Assembly: GCA_001179505.1 (NCBI GenBank)
Contig: CDMY01000295.1
Location: 372,001 to 436,000, forward strand
Length of the DNA: 64,000 nucleotides
DNA from: Vitrella brassicaformis CCMP3155
Taxonomy: Eukaryota; Protista; Chromerida
Reading direction: 5' to 3'
The position numbers and the translations under genes are program-made. Every line of letters begins with the position of its first letter. Positions within the stretch are counted from its first letter, which is position 1. A model generated the notes under the pieces. The model made no database searches. It worked only from the letters and a program-made list of their open reading frames with translations, and had not been told where the DNA came from. Below, piece after piece: positions 11,541 through 24,463 of this stretch.

Positions 11541-11849
11541 GCGAATAACAACAACACAACGGAGCGTCCACCGCTCTCTCAGCTGTATGTGCATCACCAC
11601 GGTGATGGTATCACGGCATCCCAGCGCTACCCTCCACCTCCCAAGTCGATTAGATCTGCGAGCCGGAGGTTCTAGATGTTCGTTGACTTGTTGAGGCGTC
11701 GTCGCAGCTCAGGAGGCTCGACAGACACCCTCCTGCTGTTAGTTTGTCAGATCTTTCCATTCGCTGATTTGTGACTCGTCTCTCGGAGAGCTGTCGGCCT
11801 TTCTGGTGCTGCGGAGCCTCCCAGGCGTCCCATCCCAGCCCATCTGGCC

Positions 11850-12520
11850 ACACACGAGTTGCGCTGTAGCTCCTGTTCCTCTTCCACCATGCGCCAAGTC
11901 AGCATGTACCGCTTCCTACTCCCCGTCGATGGTCATGTCCACAACAATGCCTTCGGAGGACACCTGCGTGGCGGTGTCTTGGGCAAACTGTCGCAGCGTG
12001 GTCTCGTTGCGGAAGAGGCCCCGCCATTTATGAAATGACGAGCCGAGGAGCAGCCGCATCGAGCCGCTGTCGGCGGTGAACGGGTCGTCCCTCGCGAGTG
12101 CCGCCGACACGCCCTGCCGTCGGAGGTCGAACAACCGCTGCTCAACGTGGAGGAAGTGCAGCTGAAAGAGCACTGTGTCGAGCTGAATGTTGGCGGGCTT
12201 GAAGAGCCGGCGAGCTGTGGCAGGGATGGACTTGACCAGCTGCGTGTATTTGACGTCCACAGCACCTGCAACACCCACAACACGAGCAGCCAGAAAGCAC
12301 ATCATTGTCAGTCTGCCTGTCTGCCCTCTTTCTCCTTACTCGGCTGATCCCCTTGTTCTGTGTCGTCCAGGTCAGTGTCGTTGCCTCCGCGGGTGTTGGG
12401 CTGCTCGAGCTCCACCCAAAGCTCCGTCTGGGCGTCTTGCGGCTCCTGCCCGTCGCATTGTGAGAAAAGCAAAAAGAGCAGCAAACCAAAACTCAAAACA
12501 CCCAAAGAGACCATCATGGA
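11850..12520 (-). pseudogene. Fragment of an unknown family gene with in-frame stops; coding strand uncertain
   Basis: Protein-like stretch ARRLFKPANIQLDTVLFQLHFLHVEQRLFDLRRQG...IDGE* continues past the stop as EAVHADLAH. A related segment is repeated at ~12740-12830. Confidence 0.3.
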
Positions 12521-12959
12521 TGACCCGTACTATTATTTCGGCAACATAACGCTTCGGGTCGACGCGCTCACGGCTGCGGTCAACATCCCGCGTGATTCCC
12601 TCGTATTTCTCATTCGGTGAGTCCAGCTGCTGAGGGAACGCTGCCTGCCTTTCGGCTGCTGTTGGGCATCTGGTGTCACACGAGTCCATCCTTGGGTGAG
12701 CAGACGAGTCCTTTTGATCCGCCGGTCCTTCTGGTAGCCAAACACGAGTTGTGCTGCGAGGAGCTCCTGCTCCTCTTCGATCCGCGGGGATGCGCCAAAT
12801 CAGCATGTGCCGCTTCCTGCTGCCCGTCGCTCGCACGGACCAGGCGGATCAAGGGCCTCAGCAGCGCCACGCGGACACAGGTGAGATGGCCATCACATCA
12901 CGCCACAGATCTGCTTGAACATCATGAATGATGTGCTGATGTGCTTTGGTTTCGATGCA

Positions 12960-15294
12960 TGCCTTCAGATTTCACCACTCCTGAGGCGCGGGCCATCGCC
13001 AAGGAGATCATCACACAGCGACAGCTGGTGAGCCACACACCAACACCGACCAGACAGCCCATGCTCCCTCATAGTGTGGATGTGTTTGCTGTTGTTGTCA
13101 GGCGTCCCCTCCGCCGAATGCGTCGCTGTGCGGCTTCCAGCCAGAGAAGCTGGCCAACGTGTGTGAGCACATACCCACACACGAGGCCATTCGGCTGGGT
13201 CTCATCAACAAGGCCATGCAGGACACGTGCCAGTCGCCGTTCGTCGTCCGCCACCTCGACGTCACGCCAGCGTCACACAAGCTGTGGCGCAAGGCACCGA
13301 GGAGCGTCCTTCGGCAGCTGCGCGGCCGCCTCACTCGCCTGCAGACGGCCTCCATCACCACAGATGCGGAGGCCTACTCGCGAGGGCCGGACGAGGACCG
13401 GCTGGGCGATGAGGCCGCCAGTGTGGACGGGCAACAAAGGGACGGCGGCGATGGGGAGGACAGCGAGCTGCGAGAGGCTGACGGTGAGGATGGGGCTGCA
13501 GACGAGGAGGGAATCCGCAGACACGATCGGGCCCACGGCCATCGGTCGGTGTTCGCCAAGATGCTTGAGGCCTCTGCTGCGTCGCTAAAGAAGTGTGGAC
13601 TGGGGGACAAGACGCAGGAGAGGGTCAGAGATCTGCCTGCTGGGAGCAATGAGGCCCGGACGGTGGTGTTTGAGAAGCTGGAGGCGGTGGTGCTGGCTGG
13701 CGCGTTGTGGGCAGATGCCGCTTATTCGCGAGCGTGGACGCTTCCCGCCATCAAGGCGTTCGTCGGCGTATGGGAGTCAGAGACGATTCCCCAACACGTC
13801 CAGCAGCTGACGGGGTGGATCCAGGCGTCCAAGTCCCTTACGCACGTCCACTCATGCGACATTGACCCGTCTGACCTGGCTGAGGCCTTGTCGGCCGCCC
13901 CATCCCTCACCCACCTGACCACCTTGGGCTGCATCGGCATCCAAGGGACCGACGCTTCCTCATGGGAGCCGCTGCTGAGTGTGATAGAGAAGCAGGGGGC
14001 GGTGGGGCGCATCGAGAGCCTCGGCATCTGGTACAACTTGCCGGTCTCGGCCGACACAGAGGACCTGCAAGAGGACCCTGCTGTGTACGAGGGCATTCGT
14101 GCCAGCCTGAGTGCGCTTGAGGGGGTCGTCCGTCGCCTGGCTGGTCGGCGCATCTCAGCGGCGGATATGGAGGTGACGGCCATCCCTGTCCCACTAGGTG
14201 TCATGGCCTCTCGCCGATGGAGCGAGCATGTCATGGCCAATGTGGTCAGACGGACACCGCACGTCGACCACAACGCAGCTCAGTCATCGGCCTCTGGCAG
14301 CAACCAGACGGCCGGTCGGAAAGGTGCCCTCTTCCCCAACATGGTGCCTCGAGATGGTGATGGTGACGCGAGTGGGAGAGGGGCAGAAGCCGACAGCACA
14401 CCCACTCAGCGCCCCTTCCAGCTGCTGATCTACATGCCCGGCATTTTCGACGACAAGCTGCTGCGTCTGGATCTAACGGCCTCCGACGTGCTGCCCAGGA
14501 AGGTGATCCGCGAGATGGCCCGTGTGGCTCCCTGCCTGCATGTGAGGAGCGCCCCGTCTCATCAGGATGCGCTTCGAGGGAGCTTGGGCGACTGTGTGTT
14601 TGAGTCGGCCAATTGTCTGAAGCTCCTCGTCAACCAGCCATCCCATGTCCTGCCCCTTGTCCCGCCCCCTCTCTCATCCAGAGTGCGCCGCTTCCCAAAG
14701 TTGACCGTCGCCACCGTCCATGCCTCTTCGCCTTCGATGGAAGCGCTGGATACGATGGGCATTCGTCCGTTCCTGAGAGAGGTGGGGGGGCCGCCAGAGG
14801 AGGTCGTCATCGGGGTTGGTGACGGGTCGCTGGACCCTCAGACCGAGATGGCCAGAGCTCGGGGACTGGCGGAGTTTAGCGTTGAGTGCATCAGTGAGAT
14901 GGGGGTCTCCCGCCTGAGGACGTTCGCGCTTGTCCACTGCCACGCAACGACCACTGCCGAGGTGACAGTATTGCCACATCTCCTCACGACACCCAGGCTT
15001 GCCGCCCGCCTCCCTCCCATCCAGCTGCTCGCATTAGCCTCCCCCTACTGCGTCCACGACCGATTTGGCACCGTGCAGATGGACTTCATCATGTCCGTCG
15101 TCAACAGCACGCCCGGCCTGCAGCGGGTGGTCTTCAAGAGTATGACGGAGATTGTGGAGAGCCAGCTTCCAGGCCGGCTGTGGCACTATCGTGCCTATCT
15201 GGCTACCGCTGCGGTCGACGAGGCCCTCGCGTCGGCGGGATCGCCATTTGTTGTGGTGTCAGCTGATGACATCACACTCACGCTGGCGCGATGA
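12960..15294 (+). CDS. F-box-like family protein with one ~2.2 kb terminal exon
   Basis: Exon DFTTPEARAIAKEIITQRQL, an intron, then ASPPPNASLCGFQPEKLANVCEHIPTHEAIRLGLINK. This aligns with SLDGLPPDVAHIVLALLPTKDAAPLSRVNK at 3.7 kb and continues as the 711-aa ORF. The true start is upstream and unresolved. Confidence 0.65.
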
Positions 15295-16173
15295 AGGAGG
15301 GATCGGTAGTTGATGGGTCGATGGATGGATGGATGGATGGGAGAGATAGATAGATGGATGTGTCTGTCGGTGTAGCGATCTGTGGCTGGCTGATGGAAGT
15401 GGGTGGGCGGGTCGGTGGGTGGGGTGGATGGGAGGGTGAGGTGAGGGTGGTGTGTTGAGGTAGCAATGGCATGGGTTCGGTGCGGTCCAGTTGGGGTGGG
15501 TGCGGTGCTGTATGGATAGATAGATGGTGGAGGGTGGGAGGACCGTCGGTTGTGTGTGGACATTTGCGTTTTACATGCCGACACCTTCCGCATTTAAGCC
15601 ACGCCATTCATCAGAGTGCATTACCTGATCACTCAGTCGATTCCTTACATCCACACGACACCAGAACAGCCTCAAGTCCTTCTCGTTCTCGGCGTGCGTC
15701 CTGTGCGTGGCCGGCCGGCTTGTGCGGCGCGGTGCGGTACGTGTTGCTACTTCGAACATTGGTCAAAATGCGGGCGGGAAGGGGCCTTTATGTGTATATA
15801 CACAGAGAGACCGATGCACGCCACGCCACGCCAGGCCACGCCACGGTCCGCTCACGCACCCACGCACGTATCAAGTCAACCAGCATATGGCCAAAAGCCT
15901 GCCTAGAGCTAGGGGAGGGAGGTAAGGAGGCAGGGCCACCGAGCTCACTGTGCAGACACACACTCACACACACACACACACTCTGCCACTGCACCACCAC
16001 CACCCTATGTGTGCAAGTAGGCAGGAAAATGTACAGGCCCACAAGGAGGGGGTCCTTGCTCGTCCACACGAAAATGTATGGATGCAGCACATGGAAAGAA
16101 ACAAAACCAGAGACACGCAAACAGCGCACGAAGGCCTGCAAAGTGGGTTAGACAGAGCCGTGCCGTCACAGAG

Positions 16174-18297
16174 TCATGGGCCGGCCGAGGGCGGAGGGAT
16201 CGGCGGGGGGATGATGAGCGGCACCTGGTGGTACCCTGCCGCAGCCTGCTCCATCCCCCCTCCTTGCCCCATCGGGCCATCCATCGCGGCAGGATGGAAC
16301 TGCCCGACCATGCTGCCTGACTCATGGTGATACACGCCCCGACTCGAGTAGGGCTCCTGCGCGTGACCGTTGATCGGGCCGGGGGACCACTCCTGCATCG
16401 GATGCACCTCAGATGAGGTCCGAGAGGCAGGAGGGCTGGGGTGCAGCGGCTGCCTGTATGGGCCACTGCCCCCATCGTCGACAGGCCGGTACCGGGCCGC
16501 ATACCCGCCCCCCCTCGGCCCACCTCTTCCCCCCCTACTGCGGAAGCAGGGCGGCCGGGAAAATCCGTCCTTGTGATGGTGGTAGGGCGTATACGATGGC
16601 ACGAACGGCATGGACACGCCGTCGACGCCGCCGGGCGACACAGCGTGCAGAGGCAGGTCTCCCTGCCATGGACACGGAGGGGCGGCGCCGAGCAGGGAGG
16701 GCCTGCCATTGGCCATAGGGTGAGGGGGGCTGTGTGGCGGGGGAGGGAGGCACGGACGAGCGTAGGGGCCCATGATGGCGGGGTCGTGGAAGTGAGACTC
16801 GTCGTGGCAAAACCTACAGCTGAACTCATACCTAACACACAGACAGACAGACAGACAGACAGACAAGTGGAGGGATGTCTGAGTGAGTATGCCACCCATG
16901 TCTGTGTTACTGTGGCCCTTGTTTGTGTCTCTGTCTCTGACCTGCAAGTGGTGTGGGGGTTGAAGAAGAAGTTGCAGGGGCGGCAGCGGCCCTCCTCGTG
17001 GAGCATCACGACGTCTATCGACTGACACGGCCGCTGCAGCAGCTCACCCCCAACCTTCGAACCCGGCACTTCACACAATAGCACGCACACACGGAAGCGT
17101 GCACTCCACTCCCTCGTCATAAAACCATGCAGATATCGCCATCGCCATCTATCGCTTACCTCCGTTACGCATGTAGCTCCTCTCCATTTGTCCGCGTGGC
17201 GAGCCGCCGGGCGCCCGCTGCGGCAGCTCCAGCACCCCATCTGCCTCCCGCCCCGCCATGTCTGCCTCGCCCGACTGTGAGTGTGGGGGCAGTGAGGGGT
17301 CGCTGCTCGCTGGCCCCTCGTCACCCACCACCTCCTGCGGCCAGGGCGTCTCAGGCGACCCACCCATCCCCTCGAGCTCTCGCGTCCCGAGCCTGCAGGC
17401 ACAACCAGCAGCAGCAAGGGGAAGAACGTACCCGAAGGCATGTGCAAGGATGTCGTGTGTCTCGTCGTTACGTGTGGAGAGTGGCGTATGGCACGGGGGC
17501 GCCGGGGCCAGCGAACCGCGAACAGTCGAGCTCCCGCGTCGCCTGGCCTGCAAGAAGGGAAAGTGACAATGGATGGAAACATGTCATGTCTCCTCCCCCA
17601 TCCACTCCTCCCTCACGTGAGGAGAATTCATCGGCAGGCTCCTGCTCGCTCACGTCAAGCGAAGGCACGCTCAGCTGCAGATCAGGACCCTGACCGACCA
17701 GACCAGGAACAGACACGATTTCTTGCGGCGTCACTCAGAGTTCCCGCGTACCTTCGAATAGGGCCGGCGTGTGGCGGTTTCGAGTGCAGTGACCATCTCA
17801 GCAGACTTCTCCCTCTCTAGGCCCACGCAACACCCCACCACAGCACCGTTAACGCCACCAACAACACCAGCCTGGCCGGCCTGACAGCTGGTCGCCCGGC
17901 AGGGCGACCACAGCTCGTCAGTAGCCCCACCCCCTCCCCCTCCCTTACGCATCGACACGGACGGCGGGGCCGAGGCGGACCGATGCGATGCTGCCTGCCC
18001 ATCGACGTGGATGAAGGTGGCTCTGCACATCGACAGATTCCGCTCCATCAGGGCATCCAGCGACGCAAACGACGATGACTCGTCCGACACAAAGCCGCGA
18101 GGGGCCGCTGACGGAGCCGCTGCGGCCTTCACCTGGGAGAAGGGAAAATGCATCTCGCCGTTCCTCCACTGCCGTCGGTAAGACCCTCCACGGCCGCCAT
18201 AGCGCTTGAAGGGGAAGGGGGGCCGCGAGTAGCCGCCAGAGAAGCCGTATTGGCCGCCGCCCCCATACCCGTCCCTCCGAGGCCGCCAATGTGACAT
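16174..18297 (-). CDS. CCCH-type zinc-finger, Gly/Pro-rich protein (probable RNA binding)
   Basis: Spliced motif HEEGRCRPCNFFFNPHTTCR|YEFSCRFCHDESH. N-terminal RGG/YGG-rich segment MSHWRPRRDGYGGGGQYG. Confidence 0.6.
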
Positions 18298-18763
18298 CGT
18301 CAGCCAAGAAAAATAGACTCCACCGAGAGAGCGGCTCCTGACAGTCACTGGCAGCCGGATGAGACGAGTGCCGACGCATGCAATGCCATGGTCTCCGTCG
18401 TCATCCTCAGCTCAATCGCAAGCGGCTTGCGTGGCATGGCAAAACGTCGAGGAGAAATCTCTCGATAGTCCCAAGGCGAGAGGAGACCAAAACGGGGCTT
18501 CAGGGACTTCAGGGGCTTCGGAGAGACGACGAAAAGGAAGCGGGAGAAGATGCGAGCTCAAAAAGCTCCCGATCGCACCCAGGGATCGCACTCACACAGC
18601 TGCGAACAAAGCACATCGGTTCGCACTCGTCTATAGCCACGCATGCATAAGTCTCCACGGAAATTCAACTCATGGATGCATCGACAAACAAACCTGCGGG
18701 CAGTGCCCCTCCACTCCTATAGAGACCTGACGTACACGTTTGTGCAGCATTGGCCCGTCTACC

Positions 18764-21700
18764 TCAGCCGTAGCAACCCATGTATGTGGGACCATACTCA
18801 GCCGCATGATGCTGCTGATAGTGCATGCCATAGGTTGGTTGCGTGGGTGAGAAGGGCACTCTCAGGGGCGGCGCCGGGTTGGGCTGCTTCCGCACCATCG
18901 CAGGCATCTGTGGATGGCCGTGGGGGAAGAGGCAGTTGGGGGGCCGCGGCGCGTCGAAGGCGTCGCTCACCGCCCTCACCACGTCGGCAGGGAGTTGCAG
19001 ATCTGCACACACACACAGACACACACGCATTGGCCCAGGTGAGCAAGATCTCTGAGTGTACTTCTGAGTGTGCGGCTGGCTGGCTGGTTGGCGTGGTGGG
19101 CGAGTGGGTCACCTGGCCGGCCGAGTAGGCTGACGTTTTGCAGTTTGCTCAGCGTTACACGCTCGAGCGGGACGCCACGGGCAAACGCCTGCATAGTGCA
19201 TGGTGCATGGTGCAGACAGATGGCAGGCATGTTAACTAACACATACAGAGTGACACACACTTGCCTATGAAATGATATGCTGTCTGGCGTACCAGTTGTG
19301 CGATGTGGAATGCTTTCTCGTAGACCTCTGCCTTGACACACCGCGAGATGAGCTCGTCGTAGATGGTGCTGTGCAAATCCATCTTCGACTGCTGGGCCTG
19401 CACACGATGATCCATTCAGGCATCCAGACACCAGGAGACACATGTGGTCTCTGCCGCTGGTGTGTCTGTGAGTGCACCGTCTCAAATATCTCCACTGCCT
19501 TAGCGAGTCGCCCGTTGCGGAAGCAGCAGTTCATGAAAGCTGATATCACGTGGCTGCGACACATACACACACATGAGGGGTGTCCATGTGTGCTTGCTGC
19601 AGCACAGCCCATACACGTGAACACACACACCTATTGAGGGGCAGTCTGTTGGCCCTGGCGTATTCCTCCACTTGCAGGGCCTTGTCGGGCCGCTGGGCAC
19701 GCGCAAACAACTTAACCTGTGCATCACGTCACGCACACAACACGCAGCATCAATACTATCAAACATCGATGTATGCATCTCGTTCGCATCATGCTGACTG
19801 ACGCACAATGGTGGCGAGGAAGTAGTTGTCCGGGACGATGGTGTTGTTCGGGTCAAGGATGCGATTCCACAGGACCTCTGCGGTCGACACGTCCTCAAAC
19901 TTGGCACATCCTGCACACAGACAGAGAGTCACGCGCATGAGTGCCCTCATGACATGGGTGTGTACCATCGATGAGTATGTTGAAGAGGATGCGGTCGGGT
20001 TTGACGCCCTTCCTCTCCATCGAATGCATCAACAACATCGCCTTGTCAAGCTCATTCTGACCGCACACATCCACACACCGCACCATCCGCCCGCCCCGTT
20101 CGCCCCTTTCGCCCCTCCCACCCTCCCTCCCTCCCTCCCTCCCACCCACCTGTTTGCAGAACCCCTTGATGAGGCACGAGTATGTGATCAGGTCGGGCTT
20201 GGGCTTGTGGTAGCTACTAGAGCTGGCTTCACTGTCCATGTCGGATTGTGGTGAGTACGACCCCGAGAAGGCCTCCGAGAGCCCCTCGTGCTGAGTGGTC
20301 TTCTGGTGTGCGTCTTTGCGGTAGGGGGGGGCAGCCATCATTTCCTCGAAGATCTGGAGGGCCGGGAGCATCAGGCCCGCCTCGCAGTGGGCGTTGATCA
20401 GCGTGTTGTACACTATCTGATGGAGTGAGAAGGGGGCGACGACAATATATGCGGTGACCGTGTGTGTGTGTGTGTGTGTTTTGTGTGTGTGTACCTCATT
20501 CGGTGCGAGGCCCACTCGCGGCATCTCTGTGTAGTACTGATAAGCCTTGTCCAACTGACAAGACGCACCACACACGGACTTACACGCATATAGACACCCA
20601 GGGCCGTCCATCCATCCATCCATGGGTACCTCCTGCACCCTGGTGAAGCCCTTAATCATGATGGAGAAATGGATGGTGTTGAGCACGTCACGGCAGTTTT
20701 CCCTCACGCTGCCATACACACACATCCACACACATGATAAGACAAGGCCCCTTCGTTGCCTGCTTAGCTGTCCACCTGGCGAAGACCTGCTCCGCCTCGT
20801 CCATGCGGTCGTTGGATGCGAGGGCGTCGAGCATGCAGCCCAGTGTGTACCCCGACGGCTTCAGCTTGTGATGCTCCACCATCGCTACCCACAGCTGCCA
20901 CACCTGAAGACACACATGGCAACACTGGTCTCTCTCCCTCTCCCTCTCCCGGTGTGTGCATGATCAATGGGTGTGTACCGTTCGGATGTCGCCCACTTTG
21001 CCGCATGCCTTGATGAGCGAGCCGTAGGCGTGGCAGTTGGGTCTGAGGCTGGAGCGGTTGAAGTGCTGGAAGGCCATGTTGAGCATGGCCTTGTCGCCGA
21101 CACGGGTCAGGGAGTCCACAACGGTGCAGAACAAACGGATGTCCTGAAGACACGGCCAAAGACACATGGATTGTGTGTGTGTGTGTGTGGTGTGGACGGA
21201 CGCACCTCGCATATGTCGATGGATTGGATGAAGGCCATGAGCCTCGGCAGCTGGTCCTTCTTGCTGAACGCCTTGACCATGATCGAACTCGTGTACCTGC
21301 ACACACACGTGGCAGCAGCCAGCCGCCTTTGAGGGCCCTCCCTGTGGGCGTGTCTCTCTTGTTCTTTGCTGACTTGTCCGTTTTGAATCCGTGTTGGAGC
21401 ATTCGTTTGTAGACCTCCTCGGCCCAGCCGACCTCGTTGCGGTCCACCAACGCATTGATGTACTGGTTGTACGATATCTTTTGGCACACACACATACATA
21501 CACACACAGAGAGAGAGAGAGAGAGTGAGACACGTAGGTATGCCGTGTGCAGTGTCTGTGTCTGTGTCGTCTCGTCTGTGTCAGTAAATACGGCGTCAGC
21601 TTTGGTGGGGCTGTCGTCCGACTCCATCAGGGCCAGCAGCAGGTCCACCTTCCTGAAGTCCCCCTTCAATATGTACCTGCACCACATCCACCACATCCAC

Positions 21701-23936
21701 CACAGGCAACACACACTTGACCCGTTTGTTTATATGTGTCTGCTCCCGTCCTCACGCCAGCTACTTACGCCTTCATGAGTGTGTTGTATGTGGTGCCGTC
21801 CTTCTCAGGCGCCTCGGAGAACAGCCGCTCCGCCGCCACTATCGCCCTGGCCTCCGCACAGCAGTCCAGCGCAGCGTTGTACGCCTGCGTGTCCACACTC
21901 ACGGCGGGGTCCTCCACCATCTGACCCAGCACCCGCAAACCCATCTCGGCATCACCACACCTGCACACACACATGCAGAAGGGTCGATGCTCTTTGTGGG
22001 TGTCGTGAAGGAGTCGATTCTAACATACTTGCCGGCGAGTTTGAGCATGCTCATGTAGTGTGTGGCGGCTTTGGTGCCGATGGCGTCGAACAGCTGCTGG
22101 GCGGCGCCGGTGTTGCCGCACTCGGCTGCGACGGAGAGCAGGGAGCCCCTCATGCTGTCGGTCAGCTGCACGCCATCGCTCTCCATCTGTGGCAGCAGGT
22201 CCAGGGCCTTCTGGTGCAATGCGGCGTTCGAATACATCTGCACCCATGGATATAATGGAGCAAAGATCCACGTTTTTGTGTCCTGTGTCTCGTGTGGAGG
22301 GGTGGGTGGTGGGCGGATGTTACCTGCATGAGTGTGGTGTAAACTGGTGCTGTGAGCCTGCCCCAGTCTCTGCTACGGCAGTAGGCAGCAACCGTCTCGC
22401 CAAACCTGCACATACACGCAGCGCACAGACATCGTTTCCCTCCGCTCCGTATGTGTGTGTGTGTGTGTGTGTGTGTCGATGTCTGTTGTATTACTTCACG
22501 TAGCTGGATGCGGCGCATTTGGTGAGCAGTGCCGCCGCGGTCTCTTCAGTGATTCGACAGCCGCTCGCAATGCACCGCTCCCACAGCTGCACTGCCCTGG
22601 GGTCCCCGACCTTGCTATACGCCCGCATCAACATGTCATACTGACAACACGCCGCACACACACGCCCCAACACACACACACACACACATTCGCAGCTGTC
22701 CCTCTCTCTCTGCTCATGTGCTGTGCTGGCAAACCGATGTGTAGACGAGTGGCACTTTGAGTCTGTCGGCGAGTTTTTCGATCTGCACCATGAGTGCGTG
22801 TTCGTTGTGCTCGACGGCGATGGTGAGGAGGTGCGCCAGGCCGTCGCCCGAGAGGACCACCATGCCGATCTTGAGGAGAGGGAGGAACTGCTCCTGGATG
22901 AGCCACAGGCGGTCGGGGCGGGACGCGATGTGCTGCAGGAGGGCGTCGGTGCTGCCGCTCGGCCACTGGTGGCCATCTGGCACATAAATGGGTGGTGGAT
23001 GGACGGACAGACGGACACGTGCCTATGTGTTGTATTGGTTATGTGTACCTTTCAGGGCCTGGTAGATGAATTCGAATGCCGCTCTGACGGCTTTGTTCTT
23101 GAGATGAACACCGACACTACCACATACACACACACACACACACACGCCACACGCACAAATGGCCACGACAGCCCAGCATAGACATACGCCCGTTTTCCTT
23201 CCTTGGTCTTACGCTGAAGTGTATACGCTGAGGGGCACACCCCCGCCACGCCGCATCGAATCCACCGTCGCACGCAACTGACATACGGACACACACACGA
23301 GTGTTTGCCGTGGATGGGTGCCCCAGTGGGTGCAGTGCATACGCACCTGTGCGTACTGGCCTAAGATGGCGTGTCCCATTGCGATGTGGTAGAGCAGCGA
23401 TATGCCGACCTCGATGGCCGGCCGCTGCTTCCGGAGCGTCTGCAGCATCAGCTCAGCCACACCCACCGCACCTAACCCACAACACACAAAGGGTCTTCGT
23501 GTCTGTTTGCACGGGCATCTTTCTATACCTGTGTTAGCGAGTGCCTGCATCACTAGGGCGAAGTCGTCCTGGAGAGTGTTGCTGGGGCCGGGATGGCGAC
23601 TGACGTAGTCGACGGCGACCTCACTGGCCCGGTCATGCTGCTTGAGCTTCAGCATTGACAACAACACCTGCACGATGAGAGACGGCAGCAGACGCCAGCT
23701 GAATGTGTTGTGTATGTGCGTGTTTGGTTGACCGACCTTTGCGACATCTAGCGGGGGAATCCTTCCTCTGGCATCGACGACTTTCAGCTTCTCCCATGCA
23801 TCAACCATACCTGGACACAATGGGCATCCACACATCCACACAACCACAAATCTATCCAGTGAGCTCCCCTGTCTGCCCCTGGCCGCCATGCATCATTCAT
23901 TGTGTCACTTACCGTCCTGCCGTCCGTCGTCGGCAT
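18764..23936 (-). CDS. Pentatricopeptide repeat (PPR) protein, many introns
   Basis: Repeated PPR motifs: AYNAALDCCAEAR, TYNTLMKAY, SYNQYINALVDRNE, AYGSLIKACGKVGD, YTLGCMLDALASNDRMDEAEQVF, VYNTLINAHCEAG, PDLITYSCLIKGFCK, PDRILFNILIDG. The start MPTTDGRT at 23936 is tentative. Confidence 0.88.
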
Positions 23937-24463
23937 GGTTCAGCAGTTCTGCCCGCGCCGCCTCCCACTCGCAACTATTGTTATTCTCTCTCCTTTCACT
24001 CTTGATACACTTCTCAGATTGGCCCTGCTCTTGGCGTTTCTCTTGGCTCTTCTTCCACGCCACATAGCGGCGCCGCAACATGCTGATGAATGCCCGCCCG
24101 GTTGCAGCGAGGCGATGCATTTGAATGGGATGCTTCTGGGCTTCTGGGCGGGTGGTCTCTTTCTTACCTCCACGGCCAATAGTATGCGAAAGCAAAGAGC
24201 GCGGCGGTGAAGATGATCCCATCCATGATGCCGACATAAGGCGCCAGGGCACCACACACGCTGCACTCGACACAGGCACACACCAGCGACGGATGCGCAT
24301 TGGCCTTTGTTGGTGATGCTCTCACCGCATGACTAGATCCCATGCTTGCGCCATCACAGACGGCCGCGCGGAGATGGCCTCCTTGTAAAGCTTGTAAACT
24401 CGTGCGATTATTGGATGCGATTGGAGGTGTTAAGCCATTCTTTCTGCGGATGGCCTCCGGTAG

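Noticed and set aside
16005-17582. 525-aa minus-strand ORF
   Set aside because: It runs through intronic microsatellites (CLSVCLSVCV) and switches between real and wrong frames. Only the zinc-finger exon portion is real.
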